32,000 nucleotides of DNA, taken from Pseudodesulfovibrio piezophilus C1TLV30. GTDB taxonomy: Bacteria; Desulfobacterota; Desulfovibrionia; Desulfovibrionales; Desulfovibrionaceae. Every line of letters begins with the position of its first letter. Position 1 is the first letter of the stretch. Below are positions 17,392-26,324 of this stretch, in pieces. A model generated the notes under the pieces. That model did not search any database and was not told where the DNA came from. It saw only the letters and a list, made by a program, of their open reading frames with translations. The translations under genes and the position numbers were made by a program. The DNA is taken from assembly GCF_000341895.1 (NCBI RefSeq), contig NC_020409.1:1530001-1562000 (forward strand), written 5' to 3'.

Positions 17392-18270
17392 ATGCGCCTT
17401 TTCCCATATTCTTCCATAACCATTTCGCCTTTCACAGGGCACCCTCCTGAGCACAAAGGCGGGAAGCGGTTTCTTTCACCATGCATCCTGGCAATTCTCA
17501 CCATCTTCGCATCCCTTTCCGTGTGCCATGCCCAGGCTCCCATGTACATCGCACGAATCAAGTCCGAACACCCACATGATAAAAAGGTATATACTCAGGG
17601 ACTTTTTTTTGCCAACGGACACCTCTACGAATCATCAGGGGGGTTCGGGGAATCTTTTCTCTCCATTCTCGACCCTCAAACAGGCACGGTCATCCACAGC
17701 CAATCCACGCCGAGAAAATATTTCGCCGAAGGCATTACACAATATAATGGCAAAATTTTTATGCTCACCTGGCTTTCCGGCACCGGGTTCATCCATTCCA
17801 TGGATACATTGGAACTAATGGCCAGCTTTGCCTATCGGCAACGAGGCGACTCCACCGAAGGCTGGGGACTGACTTATGACGAGACGAATTTCATCCTCAG
17901 TTCAGGCAAGGCAACATTGCACTTTCATCGACCTGACGATTTTGCCCTCGTCGGCTCCGTGACAGTCAAGGATGGCAACCGCCAGATACGAATGCTCAAC
18001 GAATTGGAGTATGTCGGTGGTATGATTCTCGCCAACGTCTGGAAATCCGACACCATAGCTATTATCGCCCCGAAAACGGGTATCGTCCAGGGATGGATAG
18101 ACCTCACTCCCCTGCGCACCCGCCTCTCCAGCAATGCCGGAGTGGCCAACGGTATTGCCTATGACAAAAAAACAGGCACCCTGTACGTAACCGGGAAGCA
18201 TTGGGACAAACTCTTTGAAATTGTCATCGATGAAATGCTGTGGCGCAGACCGGTGAACCAACCGGAATAA
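17392..18270 (+). CDS. Secreted glutaminyl-peptide cyclotransferase (bacterial/plant beta-propeller type)
   Basis: HPHDKKVYTQGLFFANGHLYESSGGFGESFLSILDPQTG is the hallmark N-terminal block. A signal-like segment KRFLSPCILAILTIFASLSVCHAQA is present. The ORF track starts at 17332; I prefer the ATG at 17392 (MRLFPY...), but the start is uncertain. Confidence 0.8.
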   Translation: MRLFPYSSITISPFTGHPPEHKGGKRFLSPCILAILTIFASLSVCHAQAPMYIARIKSEHPHDKKVYTQGLFFANGHLYESSGGFGESFLSILDPQTGTVIHSQSTPRKYFAEGITQYNGKIFMLTWLSGTGFIHSMDTLELMASFAYRQRGDSTEGWGLTYDETNFILSSGKATLHFHRPDDFALVGSVTVKDGNRQIRMLNELEYVGGMILANVWKSDTIAIIAPKTGIVQGWIDLTPLRTRLSSNAGVANGIAYDKKTGTLYVTGKHWDKLFEIVIDEMLWRRPVNQPE

Positions 18271-18646
18271 ATCAAACAGACACGGAACCAATTCGACAAT
18301 GCCATCAAAAAAGGTCCCCTTGAAGAAGCAAGGCGTTCCCCATAACTCCTGACAAATGGACAAAATCCCCAAGGGAAAATGGCTTCTAGTTTTTTTACTG
18401 GAAAAAAACACTTCCCATAGTCTCTATGGTTTTCGTTCGCCGAAGATGAGAATGGAATGCTCACAGGTACAGCTCGTGAGCCATCGGAGACAAAATCACC
18501 GAACAATGCCGCCGCAGGCGATTTCCTCTTCTGTCTTTTCACCGTTTGCAAAAAACATCCTGTCGAATGAGAGCATCTCTTTTATGGCATCATATCAACA
18601 AGAAGCAAAAATGATGCTAGAGGGACAGATTCCTTTGCCTCTCAGG

Positions 18647-19459
18647 TTACCTGCTGGAGGATTCGAGAGTTGGATGAGCCGACTCTTTTCTGGAGGCCCA
18701 TACCAAATACCCCGCGCCAAAAACAATCATGGGAAGGCAGAGTACCTGCCCCATGGACATCCAGTCGAGCGCGACAAAACCGAGTTGGGCATCAGGCTCT
18801 CGAGCAAACTCGACGATGAATCGGAAAATTCCATAGCAAAGCACAAACATCGCCCCCACACACCCTCGCGGCCTCGGCTTGGCTGAGTAGCACCACAGAA
18901 CAATGAAAAGCAACACGCCTTCAAGCCCTGCTTCATAGAGCTGTGACGGGTGCCGGGGGAATCCTCCGGCACCGGGAAAGACCATTCCCCACCAGCCATC
19001 AGTGGGACGTCCCCACAATTCGGCGTTGATAAAATTGCCAAGACGTCCGAAAAAAAGGCCGGGCGGAACCAGCGGCGCAACAAAGTCACCGATTTCCCTG
19101 AAAAGCATGTCATTGGCTCGCCCGAAAAACCAGCAGGCCACGAGTACACCAAGCAGTCCACCATGAAAGGACATGCCCCCTTCCCACACATACAATATTT
19201 TCAATGGGTGCTGCGAATAATAAGGAAGGTTATAGAGCAGACAATAGCCGAGACGACCACCCAACACCACACCGACAACGGCCCAGGTGATAAAATCATC
19301 CATTTTCACCGGAGTCATTTTATTCCACGGTTTTCGCGCCCTGTAGCGCCCCAAGAGCCAACCGGTCACTACGCCGAAAACGTACATCATACCATACCAA
19401 CGCAAATGCAGGGGACCGACGGAAATCATGATCGGGTCGAAATACGGATAACTGAGCAT
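18647..19459 (-). CDS. lgt: Prolipoprotein diacylglyceryl transferase
   Basis: FDPIMISVGPLHLRWYGMMYVFG..., GGRLGYCL, GGMSFHGGLLG, GRLGNFINAELWGRPT, HPSQLYE. Confidence 0.93.
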   Translation of the reverse strand: MLSYPYFDPIMISVGPLHLRWYGMMYVFGVVTGWLLGRYRARKPWNKMTPVKMDDFITWAVVGVVLGGRLGYCLLYNLPYYSQHPLKILYVWEGGMSFHGGLLGVLVACWFFGRANDMLFREIGDFVAPLVPPGLFFGRLGNFINAELWGRPTDGWWGMVFPGAGGFPRHPSQLYEAGLEGVLLFIVLWCYSAKPRPRGCVGAMFVLCYGIFRFIVEFAREPDAQLGFVALDWMSMGQVLCLPMIVFGAGYLVWASRKESAHPTLESSSR

Positions 19460-19483
19460 ATAAGATTGCGGTTGAGACCGTCT

Positions 19484-19511
19484 TTGTTTTCTTGTGAGAT
19501 TCTGGTATACT
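19484..19511 (+). promoter_or_regulatory. Putative extended -10 sigma70 promoter for the 19567 gene
   Basis: TTGTTT (19484-19489), a 16-nt spacer ending in TGG, then TATACT (19506-19511), which gives TGnTATACT. Confidence 0.35.
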
Positions 19512-19519
19512 GCGCTTGC

Positions 19520-19539
19520 GGCACAAGGTGTGCCTTTTT
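19520..19539 (+). terminator. Terminator-like leader hairpin directly downstream of the putative promoter
   Basis: GGCACA (19520-19525), loop AGG, TGTGCC (19529-19534), followed by TTTTT. It lies about 30 nt upstream of the ATG at 19567. Confidence 0.3.
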
Positions 19540-19566
19540 GATTTCAACGTCAAGCCCGGGTCAGAT

Positions 19567-20319
19567 ATGGACACGCAAAAACCACTGAAGCTTGATATAC
19601 TTGAGATGCCCTTCGAAGGACTCGCCGCCTATTGGCTTTCCATCAAGAAAATCATGGATACCAAAAAAGGCCGGACAATCATTGATGAAGAGAGATCGCA
19701 TACTGAGGAGCCATATATTCTTCACCTGCTGGAGACGGTTTTCTCTTCACTGTCTTCGGATATGATACGCCGACTCGCTCAGGTCAAGAAAGAAACCCAG
19801 CTCGAAGACTATGGGCGAAAGATTGATCTCATGCGTATCGCAGCCTTTGCCATTGCTTCTGGAGAAAATCCACGTATCACGCTCGTCCGTATGGATTCGA
19901 AATTCGCGGCACCGCTAATTTCCGAAGACAGGGCACTCGACATGGCAACCGCCATGTTCGATGCAATCAAACCCAAGGGCGTCAACATGAATATCCTGCT
20001 TTCGGTCAACCACAAGCTCATGGCGGACCGACTGCTTGTCAAATTGCTCTTTTTCGTCATGTACTCAAGACGCGAGGGAAAGCAAAGTCTCGAACGTTTC
20101 CTGCCCCACCTCGGTTCCCGATTCTTTTCCGAAGCCGTGGCGTTGGCCATAGACAACTTCGAAGCAGACTTTCTGGCATACCACCTCAAAAGTATCCGAG
20201 ACAATGCCGTCACCGAAACAGGACGCAAGATGGACATGGCAATGGAGATGTCCCTGGCCATCAGAAATAAACTGGCCTACGAAGATGTTTTTAGAATTGC
20301 ACGAGCGTACCTGCCATAA
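19567..20319 (+). CDS. Uncharacterised soluble all-helical protein (about 250 aa) with MotA-cytoplasmic-domain-like motifs
   Basis: The ORF track entry 19516..20319 starts with a TTG inside the predicted leader, so I prefer the ATG at 19567 (MDTQKPL...). No hydrophobic TM-length segment is present. Local motifs are ASGENPRI and LLVKLLFFVMYSRREGKQSLER...DFLAYHLKSI. Confidence 0.6.
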   Translation: MDTQKPLKLDILEMPFEGLAAYWLSIKKIMDTKKGRTIIDEERSHTEEPYILHLLETVFSSLSSDMIRRLAQVKKETQLEDYGRKIDLMRIAAFAIASGENPRITLVRMDSKFAAPLISEDRALDMATAMFDAIKPKGVNMNILLSVNHKLMADRLLVKLLFFVMYSRREGKQSLERFLPHLGSRFFSEAVALAIDNFEADFLAYHLKSIRDNAVTETGRKMDMAMEMSLAIRNKLAYEDVFRIARAYLP

Positions 20320-20335
20320 AAAGGAACCACTTTTC

Positions 20336-20995
20336 ATGAAAAAACGATTCTCCCTCATCACGACAGTCTGTCTCCTGGTAATATTGGCAGCCACCAGCGC
20401 CCTTGCAGGGAATGCGCTCCGTTCGGGGCGGAAAAATTTTGAACGCGCATGGTCCGCCTCTTTTTTCCTCAAGGAAGACAAAGCAAACACCTATTACCGC
20501 GCAGCTGCACACGCCTTTGAAGAGGCGTTGGCACAAACGCCCCCCAGCCGGACGGCGCTGTTTGCTTCGAACCTGGCCCAGGCGGGAATTTCTTTCTATT
20601 ACGCAGGAAAGAACGACTTATGCATCTCGACCATGGATATGGCATTCAAAAAAGACGACCGCCTTTGGGAAGCCCCGCTCTTTTCCGCCATGGCTCATGC
20701 CCGAAAAAAAGCCGCAAGCGCCACTCAAACACTCCTTGAAAAATATATGGCGACAAGTCCGGGCCAGCCCATCCTGTCCGACGAAGTCTCCCGCCAACTT
20801 GAAAGCCTGGACAGCACCCCACTCTCTCTCAGGACAACAGTCGCCAAACTCGAACAAGCCTATCGTTTACAGATCAGAAACAACCTGAAATCCATCGGAC
20901 GCGGCAGCGAAGCTCCCATGGACCTCTGCAATGGAAATTATTGGTGGAGACAGAATCGGACTCCCTGCTATCAGAAGCAATTTGTGGACAATTGA
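20336..20995 (+). CDS. Uncharacterised exported protein (219 aa)
   Basis: AAGGAA lies 9 nt upstream of the ATG at 20336. The signal peptide is MKKRFSLITTVCLLVILAATSALAGNA. The body is helical and Ala-rich, with a C-terminal CNGNYWWRQNRTPC Cys pair. It starts 16 nt after the preceding gene. The longer track ORF from 20204 overlaps the upstream gene. Confidence 0.65.
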   Translation: MKKRFSLITTVCLLVILAATSALAGNALRSGRKNFERAWSASFFLKEDKANTYYRAAAHAFEEALAQTPPSRTALFASNLAQAGISFYYAGKNDLCISTMDMAFKKDDRLWEAPLFSAMAHARKKAASATQTLLEKYMATSPGQPILSDEVSRQLESLDSTPLSLRTTVAKLEQAYRLQIRNNLKSIGRGSEAPMDLCNGNYWWRQNRTPCYQKQFVDN

Positions 20996-21128
20996 CCTGA
21001 AAAAAGCCTCTGAAACGGGAAATCCATCCCTAAAAAGAGACTTTTTCAACGCCGGGCTTGACGAACAGGGGAAAAATATAGAAACATTCATCCACTTCCA
21101 CGGGGCAACCCCGAAAAGATTCTTAAGC

Positions 21129-21743
21129 ATGACCAAGTCCGCAACAATACCCGCACACCACCTCAAGGTCTTTTCCAAGGCCGATATCAATGAAATGCCC
21201 CTGCGTCGATACGAGGGACCGGTCACGGTCGTCCGTACCGAAAAACAACGAATCCAGGCCCTCAAGGAAATGGCAAAAGAGACTATTCTCGGTTTTGATA
21301 CCGAGACTAGGCCAGTCTTCAAAAAGGGCAAAAAACCAGGCCCACCATCATTAATCCAATTGGCGACAGCTGAACAGGTCTATGTTTTTCAAATAAATAT
21401 CCTGAGGCTGTGCGACGGATTGTGCGACCTGCTTGCCGATGAGAGCATCACCAAAACAGGTGTTGCTGTCCGTGATGACATCCTCGGTCTGCAACGACTG
21501 GCCGATTTTGATCCCGCCGGGTTCATCGACCTTTCCGACATCAGCGCCAAGGCGAGCATGCAGACACATGGCCTACGAAATATGGCTGCCAATCTTCTTG
21601 GATTCCGCATCTCAAAATCAGCCCAATGCTCGAATTGGGCCAAGGAAAAATTGACCCAGCAGCAGATATCCTACGCGGCCACGGATGCCTGGGTCAGCCG
21701 GGAACTTTTTCTGGCTCTTCAGGAACTCGAACTTATTCCGTAA
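21129..21743 (+). CDS. Stand-alone 3'-5' exonuclease (DEDD, RNase D/WRN-exo-like domain)
   Basis: ILGFDTETRP (ExoI), KTGVAVRDDILGL (ExoII), YAATDAWVSRELF (ExoIII). I prefer the start at M67 of the track ORF (21129), giving about 204 aa. Confidence 0.78.
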   Translation: MTKSATIPAHHLKVFSKADINEMPLRRYEGPVTVVRTEKQRIQALKEMAKETILGFDTETRPVFKKGKKPGPPSLIQLATAEQVYVFQINILRLCDGLCDLLADESITKTGVAVRDDILGLQRLADFDPAGFIDLSDISAKASMQTHGLRNMAANLLGFRISKSAQCSNWAKEKLTQQQISYAATDAWVSRELFLALQELELIP

Positions 21744-21766
21744 TTGTTCGTCCCTCTCTCAAAAAC

Positions 21767-22195
21767 TCAATATTCCCCACGCACATTGGGGGTTTTCCTC
21801 TGCTGCTTGCGTTCACTGGTACGACGCTTTCGGTCAAGCCGCCGTCGTTTTGCCGATTTTGGCACAGCCGTATCCTTTCGAGGCATGACCGGCGTCAACG
21901 CCCATTGCATCAACTCCACAAAGCGCTCAATGGCAGAGTCCTTGTTGGTCTTTTGACTACGGAATTTTTGGGAAGTCACGCGAAAAACTCCTCTTTTGTC
22001 GATCCGACGACGCAGTTTTCCCTTTATTGCGACCTTCTGTAACGGGGTCAGGCTCCGACTTTTTTCTATATTGAAAAGCAGGGTCACACGCGTGTCCGTG
22101 GTGTTGACATGCTGCCCACCCGGTCCGGAGCTGCGTGAATTTATAAACCGAATTTCATCGTCAGGAAGAGTGAGGTTGTCATTAATGCGAATCAT
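21767..22195 (-). CDS. arfB: Alternative ribosome-rescue factor ArfB (YaeJ; peptidyl-tRNA hydrolase with GGQ motif)
   Basis: MIRINDNLTLPDDEIRFINSRSSGPGGQHVNTTDTRV, plus a basic C-terminal tail KSAKRRRLDRKRRTSERKQQRK. I prefer the ATG at 22195 (142 aa) over the track start at 22252. Confidence 0.85.
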   Translation of the reverse strand: MIRINDNLTLPDDEIRFINSRSSGPGGQHVNTTDTRVTLLFNIEKSRSLTPLQKVAIKGKLRRRIDKRGVFRVTSQKFRSQKTNKDSAIERFVELMQWALTPVMPRKDTAVPKSAKRRRLDRKRRTSERKQQRKTPNVRGEY

Positions 22196-22245
22196 GACCG
22201 CACGGTGCCATGAGCAGGAGAACTTCGCAACACCCCACATCTGAA

Positions 22246-22273
22246 TTGACACCTTGGCGGCTTTCTTTATATT
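22246..22273 (+). promoter_or_regulatory. Putative sigma70 promoter upstream of ychJ
   Basis: TTGACA (22246-22251), a 16-nt spacer, then TATATT (22268-22273). This would give a leader of about 118 nt. Confidence 0.35.
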
Positions 22274-22397
22274 CCACTCATCTCATTGAACTCAACCGAG
22301 GCTGTTTTGAAGGTGACGCGCCCATGGCAGTCCTGTTCCGGCAAAGATTTCTGCCGGTCCAAGGATACCCCGGACATCAGCCCATAAGGATACCATT

Positions 22398-22886
22398 ATG
22401 ACCAATGCATGCCCATGCGGTTCCGAAAAGGAATACGCCGACTGTTGCTCCCCCCTTATCAAAGGGGAAAAGCCCGCTCCTACAGCCGAAGCTTTGATGC
22501 GCTCGCGTTACACGGCCTATGTTCTCAAGGATATGGACTACCTTAAGGAATCTCTGGCTCCCGAGGCTCTGGAAGGCCATGATGATTCATCAGTCAAGGA
22601 ATGGGCCGAACGCGCCAACTGGCTCGGACTGGAGGTCCATGAAACCTGGGCCGGAGGCGAAGGTGATGAATCAGGCATCGTCGAATTTTCTGCCCAGTAC
22701 GCCATAGATGATGAAGCGCTGATTCATCGAGAACGTGGTGAATTCAAACGGATCGGGGAGCACTGGCGCTACGTGGATGGCACCATGGTTTCAGGCCCGC
22801 CGGTCAGAAAGGAACGGAAAATCGGCCGTAATGAGCCGTGCCCATGTGGTTCCGGGAAGAAATACAAAAAATGTTGCGCCAAATAA
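22398..22886 (+). CDS. ychJ: YchJ-family protein (UPF0225) with two SEC-C metal-binding motifs
   Basis: N-terminal [13 protein letters not shown] and C-terminal [16 protein letters not shown]. Confidence 0.85.
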   Translation: MTNACPCGSEKEYADCCSPLIKGEKPAPTAEALMRSRYTAYVLKDMDYLKESLAPEALEGHDDSSVKEWAERANWLGLEVHETWAGGEGDESGIVEFSAQYAIDDEALIHRERGEFKRIGEHWRYVDGTMVSGPPVRKERKIGRNEPCPCGSGKKYKKCCAK

Positions 22887-22901
22887 GAATTGAGACAGCT
22901 T

Positions 22902-22929
22902 CGTGGACATCTTTTGCCGGATGTCCACG
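22902..22929 (+). terminator. Hairpin downstream of ychJ
   Basis: Perfect 10-bp stem CGTGGACATC / GATGTCCACG with an 8-nt loop, 16 nt after the stop. There is no T-tract. Confidence 0.45.
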
Positions 22930-23139
22930 CTCTGAGTTCTGTGCCGTTCACCGCCCCAATGCTCTTTTTTCGGACAATCCCAATGTCACTTGGCCCAAAG
23001 AGCAGCTTCCTGCACGGCACTTCCCTCTCGTGCCCCATGCTCCTCGGCAGAAACGGTTCCCCACACGCCCTGCCCAATACGAAACCTGCTACCGCGCCTC
23101 TTGGCTTGGCTCACGAAATAACGTATTGTCCCACACCCT

Positions 23140-24210
23140 ATGAAACGAAACCGAACACGCACCTTGAATGTCGGGAACGTGGGCATCGGCGGGAAAAACC
23201 CGGTGCGCGTCCAGTCCATGTGCAACACGGACACCCGAGATATCCTTTCCACCATGACACAGATTCGGCAACTGGCGGATGCCGGATGCGAGATCGTCCG
23301 GGTGGCAGTTCCTGACGATGAAGCGGCTGCGGCTCTTTCTGCCCTTTGCGACCAATCACCGCTCCCACTCATTGCCGACATCCACTTTGACCACAGGCTG
23401 GCGCTGACAGCACTGGATGCCGGTGTTGACGGACTGAGGATCAACCCCGGTAATATAGGGAATGAACATCGGGTCGACGCAGTGGTCCGAGCAGCCATGG
23501 CGCATGGGGCTCCCATTCGCATCGGTGTCAATGGAGGGTCACTGGAAAAGGACCTCCTGCGGCAGTATGGCGGCCCCACGCCGGAAGCGATGGTGGAATC
23601 GGGGCTGCGCCATATTTCCATGCTTGAGAAACGAGGTTTCCATGATATCAAAATTTCACTGAAGACATCCTCTGTGCTCAACACCATTGCCGCGTACCAA
23701 CTCATGGCCGAAAAGGTGGACTATCCACTGCATATCGGGATTACCGAAGCGGGGACACTTGTTCGCGGCGCTGTCAAATCCGCTGTGGGTCTCGGTATTC
23801 TTCTGTACGAAGGGATCGGTGATACTCTTCGGGTTTCCCTGACCCATGACCCGGTTGCCGAAATAGGTGTGGCGTATGAAATTCTCCGCTCCCTGGGACG
23901 ACGGGAGCGTGGCCCGGAAATCATATCCTGTCCGACCTGTGGCCGGACTGAAATCCGGCTCATAGAACTGGCTGAAAAAGTCGAGGAAGCCCTTCTCAAC
24001 GTGGAGGAAGTCTTTACCGTGGCAGTCATGGGGTGCGTAGTAAACGGCCCAGGCGAAGCCAGAGAAGCTGATATAGGCATAGCCGGGGGCCGAGGTCTTG
24101 GCATCATTTTCCGCAAGGGAGAGGTCGTCCGCAAAGTCAAGGGCGACGAGAATCTCCTTCCCGAATTCATGAAAGAAATAGAGATTTTTCTCAAAGAAAG
24201 GAGTTCATAA
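23140..24210 (+). CDS. ispG: 4-hydroxy-3-methylbut-2-en-1-yl diphosphate synthase IspG/GcpE
   Basis: [57 protein letters not shown]. Confidence 0.93.
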   Translation: MKRNRTRTLNVGNVGIGGKNPVRVQSMCNTDTRDILSTMTQIRQLADAGCEIVRVAVPDDEAAAALSALCDQSPLPLIADIHFDHRLALTALDAGVDGLRINPGNIGNEHRVDAVVRAAMAHGAPIRIGVNGGSLEKDLLRQYGGPTPEAMVESGLRHISMLEKRGFHDIKISLKTSSVLNTIAAYQLMAEKVDYPLHIGITEAGTLVRGAVKSAVGLGILLYEGIGDTLRVSLTHDPVAEIGVAYEILRSLGRRERGPEIISCPTCGRTEIRLIELAEKVEEALLNVEEVFTVAVMGCVVNGPGEAREADIGIAGGRGLGIIFRKGEVVRKVKGDENLLPEFMKEIEIFLKERSS

Positions 24211-24215
24211 ACACC

Positions 24216-25961
24216 ATGCGTCTTTCCCGTTATTATGCCCCGACTCTCAAGGAAGACCCGGCTGATGCCGAAGTCGTTTCACACAAACTGTTGATGCGCG
24301 CGGGCATGATCCGCAAGCTCACCAGCGGCATCTACAACTACCTGCCCCTGGGGCTGCGATCCATCAACAAGGTCGCCCGGATTATCCGTGAAGAGATGGA
24401 CCGAGCCGGAGCCATGGAAGTACTCCTGCCGATGGTCCAGCCCGCCGACCTCTGGCGCGAGACCGGACGCTGGGATTACTACGGCAAGGAACTCCTGCGG
24501 CTCAATGACCGCAACGGCCGCGATTACTGCCTCGGCCCCACGCACGAGGAGGTCATCACTGACCTTGTGCGCGGCGAGATCAAATCATACAAGCAATTAC
24601 CCATTAATCTCTACCAGATACAGACAAAATTCCGCGATGAGATTCGCCCCCGCTTTGGCCTCATGCGCGGCCGGGAATTCATCATGAAAGATGCCTATTC
24701 CTTCGATAAGGACGAGGCTGGAGCAGAAGCATCCTACTGGGCCATGTTTGAAGCCTACAAGGCTGCTTTCGCCCGTATCGGACTTCGATTCAAACCGGTC
24801 CAGGCCGATTCCGGTGCCATCGGTGGTGACTTTTCCCATGAGTTCATGGTCCTGGCAGACACCGGCGAAGATACTATCGCATCCTGCAAGTCCTGCGAAT
24901 TCGGCGCAAACCTGGAAAAAGCACGTGTTGTTCTCCCTGAAGGGACACCTAATGCAAGCGGGACGCCCTGTCCGGAGATTGAAGCGAGAGCCACTCCCGG
25001 AGCTAAAACCATTGAGGAAGTCTGTACTTTCCTTTCAGTCGAGCCCCAAAAACTGATCAAATCGTTATTGCTGACCATTGATGGAGAAGAGACGGTCCTC
25101 GCCCTTGTCCGAGGAGACAGAGAACTCAACGATATCAAGTTACGCAACCTGGTTGGTGGCAATGAGATAGAAATGGCCGATGAAGCAACAGTTCAAGAGA
25201 AAACAGGCGCGCCTGTTGGTTTTGCCGGGCCAGTGGGGCTGCCTGAAGGTCTGAGAATTTTTGCAGATCAGGAATTATGTACCGGGACAGATTGGGTTGT
25301 CGGAGCCAACAAGGCTGATACCCACCTGCTTCACGTATCCCTTGAGCGGGATTGCACCATTGAGCAATTTGCCGACCTTCGTGTCATTGAAGAAACCGAC
25401 CCCTGTCCGGAATGCGGCGGTGAAGTCGAATTTACCAAGGGCATCGAAGTCGGCCATGTCTTCAAGCTGGGCCTGAAATATTCGGAAAAGATGGAAGCAA
25501 CGTTCCTTGATGAGAATGGCAAATCAAAGCACATGATTATGGGCTGCTACGGCATAGGTGTTTCCCGGATAGTGGCATCTGCCATTGAACAAAATCACGA
25601 TGAGAACGGCTGTTGTTTTCCTCCGTCCATCGCCCCCTTTGAAGTGGCATTGATATCACTCGGCGGCAAGGACCAGGATGTGGCAGACAAGGCAGAAGAA
25701 CTTTATACCGAAATCATGAAAATGGGTATTGATGCCTGCTACGATGATCGCAAGGAGCGTCCGGGCGTCAAATTCGCCGATGCCGACCTCGTGGGGTATC
25801 CGATGCAACTGGTTCTGGGCGGCAAGGGACTCAAGAATGGCATCATTGAAGCCAAGGATCGCAAGACCGGAGAAAAATCGGAACTGCCTCTTGAAGGCTT
25901 TGCCGAAGCTTTTGTCGCTTGGCGCAAAAAGATTTGGTCCCAATGGGGATTGGATCTTTAG
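24216..25961 (+). CDS. proS: Proline--tRNA ligase (bacterial type with INS editing domain)
   Basis: [35 protein letters not shown]..., [35 protein letters not shown] is upstream. Confidence 0.93.
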   Translation: MRLSRYYAPTLKEDPADAEVVSHKLLMRAGMIRKLTSGIYNYLPLGLRSINKVARIIREEMDRAGAMEVLLPMVQPADLWRETGRWDYYGKELLRLNDRNGRDYCLGPTHEEVITDLVRGEIKSYKQLPINLYQIQTKFRDEIRPRFGLMRGREFIMKDAYSFDKDEAGAEASYWAMFEAYKAAFARIGLRFKPVQADSGAIGGDFSHEFMVLADTGEDTIASCKSCEFGANLEKARVVLPEGTPNASGTPCPEIEARATPGAKTIEEVCTFLSVEPQKLIKSLLLTIDGEETVLALVRGDRELNDIKLRNLVGGNEIEMADEATVQEKTGAPVGFAGPVGLPEGLRIFADQELCTGTDWVVGANKADTHLLHVSLERDCTIEQFADLRVIEETDPCPECGGEVEFTKGIEVGHVFKLGLKYSEKMEATFLDENGKSKHMIMGCYGIGVSRIVASAIEQNHDENGCCFPPSIAPFEVALISLGGKDQDVADKAEELYTEIMKMGIDACYDDRKERPGVKFADADLVGYPMQLVLGGKGLKNGIIEAKDRKTGEKSELPLEGFAEAFVAWRKKIWSQWGLDL

Positions 25962-26025
25962 CGACACTTTTGTACTTTTCATACTTGAAAAGTCTGAAAG
26001 GCTCACCAGAAGATTCTTCCGACTC

Positions 26026-26054
26026 AGGCCCAAGTATCGCTTGGGCCTTTTTCT
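26026..26054 (+). terminator. Rho-independent terminator after proS
   Basis: AGGCCCAAG, loop TATCG, CTTGGGCCT, followed by TTTTCT. Confidence 0.7.
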
Positions 26055-26324
26055 GAGTGTGCCATGCTATCAGTTTTATTGAATTATGTATTCTCCTTTC
26101 AAGCTAAAGAATAGCTCAGAACCTCTGCATGACCTCCCTGCCCTTTTTTGTCAAAAACAACAAGACGCTTTTCAATATTGTAAACACACCGAATAGCTAC
26201 AAAAAACGACAATCTCTCATTGACAAAGTTGGCTAAAAACGGACAAATTGCCCCAAAGGTTCTGCTCATCAGAATATAATAAAGTAAATATGGAATAAAA
26301 CATATAAAAATCGGTATTGATCCC

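Noticed and set aside
18159-18886. 130-aa (minus) and 176-aa (plus) ORFs in the cyclase/lgt spacer
   Set aside because: Both extend antisense into well-supported flanking genes. They lack SD sequences and have implausible composition.
20867-21331. 154-aa minus-strand ORF
   Set aside because: It is antisense across the exported-protein and exonuclease genes, and I recognise no motif.
22986-23705. 239-aa minus-strand ORF
   Set aside because: It is antisense to ispG. Its Ser/Ala/Arg-rich, low-complexity composition is typical of GC-biased shadow frames.
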